64,000 nt of DNA from NCBI RefSeq assembly GCF_963676685.1, contig NC_092344.1, positions 86,118,001 through 86,182,000 on the forward strand. The letters are read 5' to 3'. Below are positions 15,101-27,700 of the stretch, in pieces. Below the pieces are notes generated by a model. That model had not been told where the DNA came from, did not search any database, and saw only the letters and a program-made list of their open reading frames with translations. The stretch comes from Mytilus edulis (taxonomy: Eukaryota). The first letter of the stretch is position 1; every line of letters begins with the position of its first letter. The position numbers and the translations under genes are program-made.

Positions 15101-17759
15101 TTTGTTATCGCTGAAGACTTATGATGGTGATGTAGCAGACTTGGGCTTAGATTTCTCAGTGGTCAACAATGATTTTGGGCAAACTAAAGTGAGTGTTTCT
15201 TCCATGAATTATGTTTTGTTCTAGGAATTTATTATTTGTTTAAGTCTAGAAGTCATAGTTCTTGTGTCATACTTGGTTTAGATAGTATAACAGACTTGAC
15301 AGCCTTATATAAACTTTTATGACTTACTGAATATTCAAAGATTTTCTTGGGAACATTTTTTTATTTCAAAATAAGTAAAAGAGAAAGGATCCATGTATAA
15401 TGCTCATGAAGTGTTGTTACTTTCATACATTTCATTTAAATAAAAAATGGAAAGCCTGAATAAAAAAAAAGACAGTATTTTTTTCAATATTTCCATACCA
15501 GTTTACCCATGTTCCTAGATATGTTTGTTTAACAATTAGTTTATATTTACTTGGATTGATTTGATTATTTATTGTAAAATACATAATTATACATTTGTAT
15601 ACCCAAAATAGAGTCAATAAAATGATGTTTTTAGAAAGGTTAGATTTAAGGTAGATGTAAAAAAAAATCTATGAAATTCTAGTAAAGTGTTAATCTGTTA
15701 TTGCTATCCACATCTTAATAATTGCTTGAAGGTTAAGTTGAAAACAAAAGTTTGAAGAAGGATATCTCCTAATGAGGATAGTCGGAAAAGTTCTTTGAAT
15801 CATAAACTTAAAAATGTCTTGCTGTATGTAAAAGAAGGTATGATTTTGATTTAATGAATCTTATATTTGTGAATTTCAGATAGAAGAATTAAAACCTGGT
15901 GGTCGTGATATAGCTGTAAACAACAACAACAAAATTGAATACATTCACTTAATGGCAGATTATAAAATAAACAAACAGGTATGTTTATTGAAATGTTCAT
16001 ATACACTATTGCTTATGTAAGCGATATACAAGATTTTTTTTACATTGAAAATTCAAGCAAGTAACTTTTTTAGTCATTTAGTCATGAGAAATTGTTTCAA
16101 TTAGTGAAAATCTATCAAATGAGAAGAACAATAGTTAGATGATTTTATTTCAATATGCTTTATAACAAAAAGTCCAAAAATGTTGATGGAGATCTTGAAA
16201 ATATTTTAGTTTCTGTTGATTTTCAAAGAATAATCAATTGTAAAACATTGAATAACTAATAAAATGCTCCAAAAAATACAGTTTTTTTAATTGCACTGAT
16301 CAAAACCTTGTGTCATAAAAAAAACTTGTAAGTCACAAAAACTGCCATCTGTAAAGAGAACTTTGTTTATATTTAGATAAGACAACATTGTACGGCATTC
16401 AGACAAGGAATGGCTGATCTCATTAACTTGGAATGGTTAAGAATGTTTGACCATCAAGAACTACAAGTTCTTATATCTGGCGCCCTTGTTCCTGTTGATA
16501 TAGCAGATCTCAAACACCACACAAACTATTCAGGTAAATATTCAATAAGGGGAGACAACTTATATTTCAAACATGATATTTTTAAACACATGTTAAAATT
16601 ATGATATTATATGTAAAGTTAATTTAAAATATGCTGCTCTATCAGGTTTTCTGTATACTAAATTGAATGGAATTGACTTAGTCAAGCAATAATTAATGAA
16701 AACTAATAAGTATAATCATTTTATAATGAACCTGTGGGAATAGTTTGCTTTCCTGAAAGTTTTTACTAAAAAGTAGATAGATGTACACAAGAATTCAATA
16801 TCATATTGTCATATGTTGTGACATGTTATAGATGATACTTTTACTAAATTTTGTGAATTGGGTAAAACAGTAATTATTGTATTTAGTAGATTTTTTGTTT
16901 TTTGTTATGTTTGTATGAATGATCAATTGATATAAGAGTGACTGCATCCTTATTCCAGGTTGTATTATAGTTAAATGTTAAATGATCAACGAATTTGACA
17001 TGAATTTCAAATTATATTAAGCAAGTAATAATCAATCATTAAGTTATGATTGTTTATTTTTAGGAGGCTACACATCAGATCACAGAATTATTAAGTGGTT
17101 TTGGGAAGCAGTAGAAAGTTTTACAGACCATCAAAAGAGACAACTATTAAAGTTTGTGACTAGTTGTTCGAGACCACCACTGTTAGGATTTAAAGTAAGT
17201 GTGAAATAATTCAGGAAAAGTACAGTTACTGCTTATATTTATCAGTTAAGACAATTATGGCCTTTCTACAAAGGAAATGATAGTAGAAAATCATCATAGT
17301 TTTAATTTGATTGTGTGCTGAAACAGACATGTAAGTTGAATATATGCCAAATTGCAATGAGACAGCAACCAACCACACAAAGAAGGGAAACCAAGATAGA
17401 ATTCAAGAGGTGTCTTGCAGAACTTTGTTACAAAATTTTACTGTTTTTTATTGTTTGTTGTAAATGAAATGATATATATTTAAAAAAAAAGATTAAAAGC
17501 TTACAATAGCAAAGAGATAAACCTATGTTCATTATGTTTTCATTGTAAAATTATATACAGTATGATAAAAAATAAATTTTATATTATCTAGGACCTGTAC
17601 CCAGCATTCTGTGTTCATCATGGTGGAAGTGAAGAACGTCTTCCGACAGCAAGCACCTGCATGAATCTCCTAAAACTTCCAGAATTTGGCAATGAAGAAA
17701 CACTCAAAAATAAACTGTTGTATGCCATTGAATCAGGTGCTGGTTTTGAATTGAGTTGA
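3159..17759 (+). CDS. UBE3C: Ubiquitin-protein ligase E3C (HECT), 3' portion; the 5' exons lie upstream of the window
   Basis: Exons 3159-3245, 4838-4995, 5494-5708, 7383-7487, 7998-8082, 11257-11351, 11832-11973, 12604-12848, 14706-14830, 15098-15188, 15880-15978, 16377-16533, 17064-17194, 17592-17759 are all GT-AG and phase-compatible. Peptides [79 protein letters not shown] (catalytic Cys) and C-terminal GAGFELS* are characteristic of UBE3C. Confidence 0.96.
3343..4528. mobile_element. Non-autonomous hAT-type DNA transposon (MITE)
   Basis: TIRs CAGGGTTTCC...GGAAACCCTG; exact 8-bp TSD GTCTTAAC (3335-3342 / 4529-4536); subterminal TTTCGC repeats; no transposase. Confidence 0.88.
5839..6130 (+). 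mobile_element. Helentron-associated interspersed element (HINE-like)
   Basis: T-rich flanks, subterminal inverted repeat ATGCCCCAC...GTGGGGCAT, (CGTT/CGTC)n microsatellite and a 3' hairpin (GTGTACTATGGACAC). Confidence 0.7.
6781..7256 (+). mobile_element. HINE-like element, same family as 5839-6130, with an internal tandem duplication
   Basis: Near-identical to 5839-6130. The core CAGGTTAAAGTTTTTGGTCAAGGTAG...GAAAATGATAGTGC is present twice (~170-bp unit). Confidence 0.7.
8120..9654. mobile_element. Non-autonomous DNA transposon, hAT-like termini
   Basis: Perfect 15-bp TIR CAGGGGTCACCACAC...GTGTGGTGACCCCTG, flanked by TTAAAG on both sides (8114-8119 / 9655-9660). Confidence 0.82.
9726..10945 (+). 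mobile_element. HINE-like element carrying a ~117-125-bp tandem array
   Basis: SubTIR TATACGACCGCA...TGCGGTCGTATA, (GTC)n tract, and repeated GGGGTTCTTTGATATGCTGAATCTA units between ~10160 and 10730. Confidence 0.72.
12256..12545 (+). repeat. Dispersed SINE-like repeat (GAAGATGTGGTATGATTGCCAATGAGACAAC family)
   Basis: Homologous copies at ~19400-19660, ~61190-61480 and (reverse) ~51822-52122; fragments at 6440, 24285 and 61660. Confidence 0.65.
12982..14579. mobile_element. Tc1/mariner (pogo/Tigger-like) non-autonomous element
   Basis: TA on both flanks; imperfect TIRs CCATATACGGCCGTGTATTGTCCGCA...CGCGGACTATACACCCCTTTCTACGG; internal TATAGTCCGC repeats. Confidence 0.72.
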
Positions 17760-18765
17760 TTGACAGCACACAGTTTAGGAAACATTATTTATGAATTCTG
17801 TAATGAGATATAAATATGCCTTCATGTCTGATTTGTTTTTGTCAATATTAGGGATGTTGTTTCTTAAAAATTACTAACTTTTAACATAAAAGGAGTAAAA
17901 ACAAATCTTTTTAGTCTGTGTATTTACTTTTCTTTGTATTAAAAACATTGAGATGACTTTTTACACCAGGAAGTAATTCAAACTCATTACTACATAGAGT
18001 ATAAAATGATGAATTTATGAAAAACTAAAGTTCATACATGGTTACTTTTGATAAAAAGACTGTTTCAAATATAAAAAAAAAAAATTCATTGATTTTCAGT
18101 TTTAGTATTCCAGTTCTCATGTTATTGTTACAGAGTAAAGACTTTTCAGGAGTATAGAACTAAACAACATTGAATGAGTTTTATTACAAAATCAGATCTT
18201 GTTAAATAGTTTAATATGATCATATCAGTATTATTCTCAACATTTTTTGCTTTATCCATATCATGCAGACAGAAAAATGTGTATCAATTATAACATACTG
18301 AAATTATCTATGAACAAAATAACATGTATATATGTACCTTGGTTTGTGATAGTTATATGTAATAACCAACTTATTACAGTTATTTCAGCCATTTATGAAT
18401 GTATTGACATTAAATAATTATGGATTTAGGTGATACATGTACCATGATATATCGTTTAGTAATTTATTCATTACTGTACATTTAACAAATGTTATCCTTT
18501 TCTGTAAGATTTGTTAATGTATATTTAAGTTAAGTCTTTCAGTATTTATAAAGTTAACTTTTTTCGTTTTTACTATTTAATGAAAAGTTCATCAAACATT
18601 GTCAGCTTGTACTTGAACACTTCATGTATGAAAATATTTACTGCTCAGTGCTGAAAAAAATAAAGGTTTTATGCTTGTCAACAATTAATGCAAATAGATA
18701 TATATTCTAGCTTGGGTATATCTTTTACTAAGAATGTTCAAATTTGGTTAAGTTCTATGTTTTAC

Positions 18766-18789
18766 CTGGGACAAGTATAATAGTCCCAG
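18766..18789. mobile_element. 24-bp hairpin with 7-bp TSD; candidate P/Galileo-type excision footprint
   Basis: CTGGGAC-AAGTATAATA-GTCCCAG, flanked by GTTTTAC at 18759-18765 and 18790-18796. Confidence 0.65.
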
Positions 18790-19978
18790 GTTTTACCTTA
18801 TTTTTTCAAGGAAAAATGTTTTTGATCTTTTGAATAATGGCCTGATTAGTGTTGACCTTTAGAAATCTCAATGACTTTTTACCAACATCTTGTTTTATTC
18901 ATTTTCAGGTAATGACATTTTCTTTTTCATTACATGCTTTAAACAGAAACTGTGATATTTTGTTTTAAACATGATTTATATTCTGTAATTATCATCACTT
19001 TGAAAGGTACAGAGTAAATGTGATTTTTTGTTTGCATTTCCCCTGCACTATTCCTTTTAAAAGCAATGCTCTAAATGAGTCTAAAAAATGTCCAGAAAGG
19101 TAGTCAAAATTGGTGAAACTGTTTTTGACTGTTATTTAAGATTTATTTATAGATAAATGTAAGCATATTCATTACATTTAAAGATTACTGTACGGAATTT
19201 GTTTGGACATTTTAGTCAGATAGTTATTATAAGAAAATATTACCACACAGTTAAGAATCATTTCTTTTATTTATTATGTTTTAAGTCTATTATTTGTGTA
19301 TTTTGTTGGATGGATTTTAAACATGTTCAATAAAGTAAAAGAACAAAATGTGATTGAAGATTTTTTTTTATCTTGAATTGAATAATGTACTTTTTGAAGA
19401 TATGGTATGATTGCAAATGAGACAACTCTCCATAAGAGACCAAATGACACATATATTAACAACATTAGGTAACCGTATGCAACAATGAGCAAATCCCATA
19501 CCGCATAGTCAGCCGTAAAAGCCCCCAAGATGTCAAATGTTAAACAATTCAAACAAACAAAACTAATTGCCTAATTTATGTACAAAATATGAATGAAAAA
19601 CAAATATGTAGCACAGCAACAAACCACACCCACTGAATTACAGACTCCTGACTTGGAACTGTTTATTTGTGATCAAAACAGTTTATCAGACATATGTTAA
19701 TGATCTGATCAGAGCCCTCTAGTTACATGGTATCAATCATTTAATACCATAACCTCTGATGATGTTATTAATGTTGCTTGAGATTATCTAGACTTATACT
19801 GAGGTTATGAGTTTTAATCTGGAATGAATGTTTGACTCCTATCTTAATTGACTTGGATTGTCACTTTTCTTGCAGAAGGTAGGGACTCTTTATTGATACT
19901 CAAACTTTCTCCAGCATTAACAAATGACAGCCACAATAAAGCCAATATTCCTGAAAGTTTTATAGTTAATAATTATAA

Positions 19979-20531
19979 GGAGGCTCACGGGTATAAGATT
20001 TTCAGAAAAAAATCAAATTTATTTTTCATTACAAATTTTATTAATTACCTTCAGTAGTTGTTACTTTATCATATGGTACAAAAAACATTCCAAAATATCA
20101 ATTCGTGTTGACCCCAGGTGACTTTTAAAATGTAGATATTATTGAAAAAGCTCCAAATTATCTCCCTTTGGTGCAAAAATACCATTTTTCGGCGTTAAAA
20201 TTGAAATATCTTGTTTAACTCATCGGTGACCTATATTTCTTAGTGTTGTTTTCCAATAAGCTGTACATAAACTAAATAATTGTAAAATTTAAGCGATTTC
20301 TGTAATTTAGTTCTATTTTTATTTCGATATTACCGATTTCTCCTATTAGTTCAACAGAAAAAATTTACAAAAATGTATGCTTTTTTCAAAAGCAGATTGT
20401 GAGCGTAAATTAACGGTGACCCCATTTTTTTATTTCATTTTTCTATTAAGTATAAGATAAAGATCCTTTATAGAAAAATATAGCGAAATCCTATATTAAA
20501 TAAAAAAATTGATTTAGACCAGCGAGCCCCC
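19979..20531. mobile_element. Kolobok-like MITE
   Basis: Termini GGAGGCTCACGGGTATAA...TTAGACCAGCGAGCCCCC (imperfect TIR); flanks ATAA / TTAA. Confidence 0.6.
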
Positions 20532-21715
20532 TTAAGTCAATATATTGTATGAACATGAATGTCCTGCAGATAATAGATTATGAAAAATTATGTTCATAGA
20601 ATGTATAATTCTATGATATAAATGTTGGTACCTAGATTAACTATGCATAGTTTTAGAACTTTTCATATATTTTTTCTTACCTTTTATATTTTCCATTGCA
20701 AACTTGTTTTATTCTCTTTAGAATCATCTGGTTTGAAAAGGACTAAGGCTTAATTTGGCTATTTTAATATAAACAGGTTTACCTTAAAAGCTGTCTTATG
20801 ACCCAGTGGAATGACTAGTATCACCGTTGTTATTAATAGAACAAAATTGTATGTGTTCAATGAACCAGAACCAAACAAATATTTCAATCAATTAAACTAA
20901 AAGTGTCCAATTGCAACCAAACTTTGAATAACAAATGAAAATTATTATAAATAATTACCAATCTTCATGAAATTTATCCAATGTGGGACAAATTGGAGTC
21001 CTTGATTCCTAACTGAATATCAAAGATTTCAGGCACCATAGAGAATCAGTTATTTGTATGCAACAACATCCAGTACTTGTACCTTGATTACAAAGTCAAA
21101 GGTCAAGGTCCCTCAAAACCTGTATCCTATTCAAATGCAAGGTCAAATATCAAGGTCACAAGCCTATTATGGAAAATAGAAATTCAAATTGGGGGATAGT
21201 GAACAGATATTCAGGTTTGCAGTAACCGAAAGATAGAACAGGTACAGCAGTAAAATAATTGGGAAAACACAGCTGTTTTTATTCTATGGGAATTTGAGGA
21301 GTAACCTATCTTGTTCTAAATTGTTGATGTTGTATGCACAGCAAGTGAAACACTTAACTGTTTGAAGAAGGTAAGCTAATTGAACCAAAATAGAATGTTT
21401 GGTTCAGATTTGTAGTAATGATGAATGCTTTAAATGAATATATACTGGTACTTTTCTTTTAAAAAACACAAGAGAACTCTTTTTGTCAGGAAACACTGTC
21501 AAACATCCAAACATACTATCCACACTGATCTGTGTCCACACTTGTACTTTTCTTTAAAAAAATTGCTACATATCTTCTTTATTGAACAAAAAAAACTAAA
21601 AATATCATATAAAACAATCTTTAATATTTTTAACATTGCACTCTATATATTTTATAACAAATTTCTGGCAAGCAAATTTCAAACAATATAGTGCAAATAA
21701 ACTGTTATCTGAGGC

Positions 21716-24700
21716 TCAGACAGGACCAGTGACCCCATTTGAGTCTCCTCCGGTTATTTTTCTTATCTCACTGAAGGCAAGAACGGCTGATACAGTTGTC
21801 ATGACAACAGAAATCAGTGCTAAACCAAAGGACCATGACATAGATGAATTTTGTTGAGAGAAGTTCATTCTGATAACATCGATTATACTATCTTTGACCT
21901 TGATGGCATACACTATCATTGTCATCATCTGTAAACAGGCTGGAATGTAAAAGGAAGAACGGTATTAAATAGATAATTTTACTAATCTTTGTATGTCCCT
22001 ATAGGTCATCAAGCTCTTCACGTTTCCATGTATTTGTACATATCACTGGCTTTCCAGTGTTTGAGTTTTAGCATTGATGCCCGATGATTTTAAATCCAAA
22101 AAAAAAGCTTCAGACGCACACAATTTATAAAAAGAGAGTCATTGCTATTTGAATGTTGTTATTGGCATATGTGTTGAAAAAATTCCAGTACTGTGGAAGA
22201 CAGCCAAATAGACATGACCAGGCATTAACACTCGAATGTATATCAACAAATTGCAAAGACATACATTTGTAAAATGCAAGCGATGTGTAGTACGAACACC
22301 CTAAAAAAATCTGGAGTGAAACCGATTGCTCTCGGAGTATAAGGATGTTGCATTTCTATGTTCTTTTGAGTTGATGATAGTACGGAATGGTTCAGTGTAT
22401 GTCAATTTGTTTGGTTTTATTGGGTTTCTGTCTCAATGGTGTTTACATCTGTCTCCTTTTATTCATTGGTATGTCACAACTATTCATCATGCTAAAAGTT
22501 GTTGATTTAGAAAAGACTTTTTAGACTAATAACCAGCTTTCTGTATAATTCAAATGCTTTTTGGGTCTTCTCAGAATTCAAAGCAGCTTTTTCAAGACAG
22601 TCTTCGAATAAAAAATTATGCTTATGAAATAAGGAGATTTGGCATGATTGACAAAGAAACGAAAATTCACCAGAGTTCAAATGAAAAAGATACCCTAAGC
22701 CTAATCTTCGACTAAACGCTAGAAATACCTTCACGTCATGGAAACAAAATATCGATTTTTCCAATTCACATTCTATAAATATATAACATTGAATTACCTA
22801 CCTATACTCAAACACAGCAAACATAACGACAATGTAAGAGAGAACATCGTAGACGTCGAGGTTGGACATTTTATAAAGATGATTAGAAATACTACAGTTA
22901 GAACATATCCAAAAATACACATCACCGAAAATGCCTGAACAGCAACTGCAAAATCTGGAGATAAAATGAAAAGAAAAGAAATATTTACATTGCTTATTTT
23001 TCATTAGGTTGTATTTATAGTATATAAATACAAGTTTTTCTCTCTCGATCTTAGAGAAAACAATAAGTAGCTTAACATTTCTAAGATATATAATTTTGAT
23101 AACTTTCAGCACACAAACTAGTAGTCTGATGTTATTTATGTATTATAGTCATTTTGTTTATTTTCTTTGGTTAAATCTTCTGACATCAGACTCGGACTTC
23201 TCTTGAACTGAATTTTAATATGCGTATTGTTATGTGTTTACTTTTCTGCATTGGCTAGATGTATAGGGGAGGGTTGAGATCTCCCATACATGTTTAACCC
23301 CGACGCATTTTTGCGCCTCAGTGTCCCAAGTCAGGAGCCTCTGGCCTTTGTTAGTCTTGTATTATTTTAACTTTTAGTTTCTTGTGTATAATTTGGAGTT
23401 TAGTATGGCGTTCATTATTACTGAACTAGTATATATTTGTTTAGGGGCCAGCTGAAGGACGCCTCCGGGTGCGGGAATTTCTCGTTGCATTGAATACCTG
23501 TTGGTGACCTTCTGCTGTTGTCTGCTCTATGGTCGGGGTCCGTGTAACACTTATCAATTCACAGTTTTAAAAAGTTTTGAAATTTTAGATTTTTAGAATT
23601 TAGATCAAAGTTTTAAAATATCAAATTTCCAAATTGTGTAAAAGTTTTGAAATTTTGAAATTTCAACCAAATATTTAAAATATTAAAATTCTTAATATCA
23701 TTTTTAAAATTTGATAGTTTAGAAATTTGATCAAACTTTAAAAATACTAAACCTTATGTGCAATTTTGATTATTTCACTTTTTGAAAGTTTGATTTTTTA
23801 AATTTTTGATTAAGATATATCAAAACTAGAAAAGGGGCGAAAAGAGGGGTACCTGTAAACTGCAAAACGAAGTAAAAGCGGAACGAAACAAAACAAAATA
23901 AAATGAAAACATACTGATACTTAAAAGTATATCTATATGTTTAAAATAAAACCACAGCCAGACAGTTGTAAGCGGGGAAAAAATTGGATGACAAAATAAA
24001 TTCGTTTTAGAACAAGACTCACGGCTCTGATAATTGGATATAGAAGAGCTAGGATACTGTTATAAAGTATCTACATAAACTCATCGTAGATAAATAACAG
24101 AATGTAAATTTTGTATTTGCGCCAGACGCGCGTTTCGTCTTCAAAAGACTTATGTAATAGTTGCCGCTGTATCTATATATTTAAAATAAAACCACAGCCA
24201 GACAGTTGTAAGCGGGGGAAAATTGGATGACAAAATAAATTCGTTTTAGAACAATACTCACGGCTCTGATAATTGGATATAGGAAGATGTGGTGTGAGTG
24301 CCAATGAGACAACTCTCCATCCAAATAACAATTTATAATGACCATTTTACTTGCTGGTTTCCAAAAAACAATTTATAATGACCATTTTACTTGCTGGTTT
24401 TCCCAGCACCAATATTTTAGGAGTAACAGTAAAATCTGATCAACTCGCAGTAGGTCAAATAATATGGTTAGGTTGAGTATATATTTATATATTTTCTACT
24501 GAACTTTAAGCAATAAAATGGCTCAATACATGTTGTATTATATTTGATTTCAATTTTTTTTTCTGTTTTGCTCTACGAATTCTTACTTTCTGCAATCATG
24601 TCGGCAGATGAATATATACTTCCATGTACATTTTAAACGATCTCATCTTTAACGTTTTAATCAACTATTTCTGTTCTTTATAAATGGTTGGCCATAAATA

Positions 24701-27700
24701 TTTAGCTTTGAGTGTTCCTAAAAAAGGTAGATCCAGAACAGCGCTTCGGTCGTATTTTTTAACGTTTTGTTTTCATTTTTTATCGATTGCCTGACGATCA
24801 TACACATATTGCTTTGTATCAATGATTCCAGTTCCAAGTATTGGTACGGTAGGAAATCTGAATTCATGAAGTATTGGTACGGTAGGAACACTGAATTCAT
24901 GAAGTATTGGTACGGTAGGAACACTGAATTCATGAAGTATTTGTACGGTAGGAACACTGAATTCATGAAGTATTGGTACGGTAGGAACACTGAATTCATG
25001 AAGTATTGGTACGGTAGGAACACTGAATTCATGATGTCGCAATGAACGTTGTGCTAGTCTGGAATGTGGGAGGTTTTTGATATCTTTTTTTATGCTGAAA
25101 TTAAGAGTAAGATCAAATATAAGTAGCTTGGAGCTAGGATACTGTTATAAAGTAGCTACATAAACTCATCGTAGATAAATAACAGGATGTAAATTTTGTA
25201 TTTGCGCCAGACGCGCGTTTCGTCTTCAAAAGACTTATGTAATAGTTGCCGCTGTATCTATCTATCCTTTTGTAGGTGTCGGCATTTTTGAAAAATATTT
25301 TCAAAAGTTTATATTAGCGATAAATGTTCATCTTTTTGGGAATCTGATATATAAATATTGTCACTAAGGTGACACTTTCAACTTGGCCGGATACTTCCAC
25401 GAGGGGCTTCAATAATGGTACATAAAATATTCTTATCCCCAATTCGATAAGAAAAAATATTCTATGCAAGCATAGGACAAAATAAAATATTTTGAATTCA
25501 GATGTTCCCCATGCCTTATAGTGTTGAACTAAATTATTTGATTAATAGTGATGAAAAACTTTATAAAATTATTAGCGCTTAGCGCGATTTTTTTTCTTTT
25601 TTTTTCGCTTCGACATAACAACCATATCCCTATTTTTGAAGTTAAATTGTTGCTCCCTTGGACAACGTTTTACTGTGCGTATTGCTGTGTGTGTTTTTTT
25701 TTTATTCTACATTGGTTAGAGGTAGAGGGGTAGGGTTGTGATCTAAACAAACATGTTTAACCCCGCCGCATTTGTGCGCCTGTCCCAATTCAGGTGCCTC
25801 TGGCCTTTTTAGTCGTGTAGGATTTTATTTTTAGTCCATTGTTATATTTTGGAGTTTAGTAGGACGTCTATTATCACTGAATCATCACTGAACAAGTACA
25901 CTTATTTGTCTAGGGACCAGCTGAAGCAGGCCTAGCACAACGTTCATTGCGACACCATGCATAAATTTAGTATTCTTTCCGTATCAGTAATTGGAACTGA
26001 TATCAATCATAAAAGGCAATGCAATTGATAAAAAAAGAAAACAAAACGTTGAAAGTTGCATGCAACTGAAGCGCTTTTTCTGGATCTACCTTCATCAGGA
26101 ACGTCAAAAAGGCGAATAATACTAGTCAGTTGGCCTACTGCGAGTTGGTCAGTTTTCACTGTTACTTCTAAATGTTTGGCACTGGGACACCAAATAGCTC
26201 TGAATTATATTTGTCTCAAACTCTCACCTTGTATTAGAGATTTAACTCAACTTATTTGATGCCGGTTCAAATAGGTTTGAATATTGATATATTTCGTGCT
26301 ATTTATTCCAAACTAAGAATGATTATAATCAGAGCCGTGTTTACAGGTACCCCTCTTTTTTAGCCCCTTTTCTATTTTTGATATTTTAATCAAAAATTTA
26401 AAAAATCCAACTTTCAAAAAGTGAAAAAAATCAAAATTGCACATTAGGTTTAATATGTAAAAAGTTTTATCAAATTTCTAAACTATCAAATTTAAAAACG
26501 ATATTTAAAATTTTAATATTTTAATTATTTGGTAAAAATTTCAAAATTTCAAAACTTTTACAAAATTTGGAATTTTGATATCTTAAAACTTTGATCAAAT
26601 TTCCAAAAATCTAAAATTTGAAAACGTTTTAGAACTTTAAATTGTTAAGTGTTACACGGACCTTCGGGTTGTTGTCTTTTTGGCACATTCCCCATTTTCA
26701 TTCTCAATTTTATAGGTTGTGATAGTGTAATGGAAATAAGTAAAATGGGTAAATACAAGATTTTCTTTGAAAATAATGTCGAAGTTAACTACATAACAAT
26801 ATTATGACATAACATTTTTGGGAGAATTCGGTGTGTGATCATTCCTGTGTGGTCGCTCTTGTTGATAAGTTTGTAACGAAGCGATGCATTTTGTGTTTGC
26901 CAACTTAATATCATATTGAGCATTCTGAATGAAGTTAAATAATAAAAATAAATCAAAGTACTGAAGTACTGAACATCGGATGACCGCAGGTTCTTGTGGA
27001 TAGTCAAAAGCGCATGTCACAGAAACAGATCACATCTCTATACCTGAAACTTGGGTTAATTTACAGAGATATTTTTTTCTAATAGAAGTTCGTGCTTGGA
27101 TGATGAATAAATGACAGGAAATTCAACCTCACCGTAATAACTATTATATTGTAGTGCAAGAAATCAGTATACCTTGGACTATTATACTTATATAATAATA
27201 GTCGTAGAGAATACACTGGTTTGTTGTTATATAAGTTATTAATATTACGATTGCATGTATATATAATTTTCATCTATTTGTATGTGATAATTCTATTCTA
27301 CTATTATTATAGTGCAGTGGAAGTGCATGGTGGACACTCTTCTGTAAAAAAAAAAATCAAAGCCTTAAAGGCTGTTAAAGCAATTGCTGCCATGTTAATG
27401 TTTTGGGGACTTTTATTTTTCATCTACATATATAAGAATTAAACCTGACAGGACATGGTTGTCTAGTGAAAAGCAAGAAGGTTTTGACTTTATGTCAATA
27501 AAAGACTTAATTTACCAGGCTAAAGTTGGGGGTAATTATGGATTATCCCCTGGTAGTGATTGTAACTCGGCAATAATTACTTTTATTTATTTAATTTTAA
27601 CAATTTTCATAATTAATTTAAATTAACCATTCAGTTAAAACATTTCACCTTTCGAGACGCTGATGTTGAAAAATGGGACAGAAATAAAATAACTTACAAG

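Larger units (their letters stand above)
23536..26663. mobile_element. Foldback-like composite DNA transposon with ~325-bp TIRs
   Basis: The arm 23536-~23862 is the reverse complement of ~26338-26663 (ends GGGTCCGTGTAACACTTA / TAAGTGTTACACGGACCT). It splits a SINE-like host sequence CTATGGTCG|GGTTGTTG with a TCG duplication. Confidence 0.85.

Noticed and set aside
22798-23112. 104-aa minus-strand ORF
   Set aside because: Wrong frame. The real claudin-like exon (22954-22802) is read in another frame.
24836-25033. 33-bp repeat array resembling CRISPR, with repetitive ORFs on both strands
   Set aside because: The units are contiguous with no unique spacers, there are no cas genes, and the context is eukaryotic. 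The ORFs arise because 33 is a multiple of 3.
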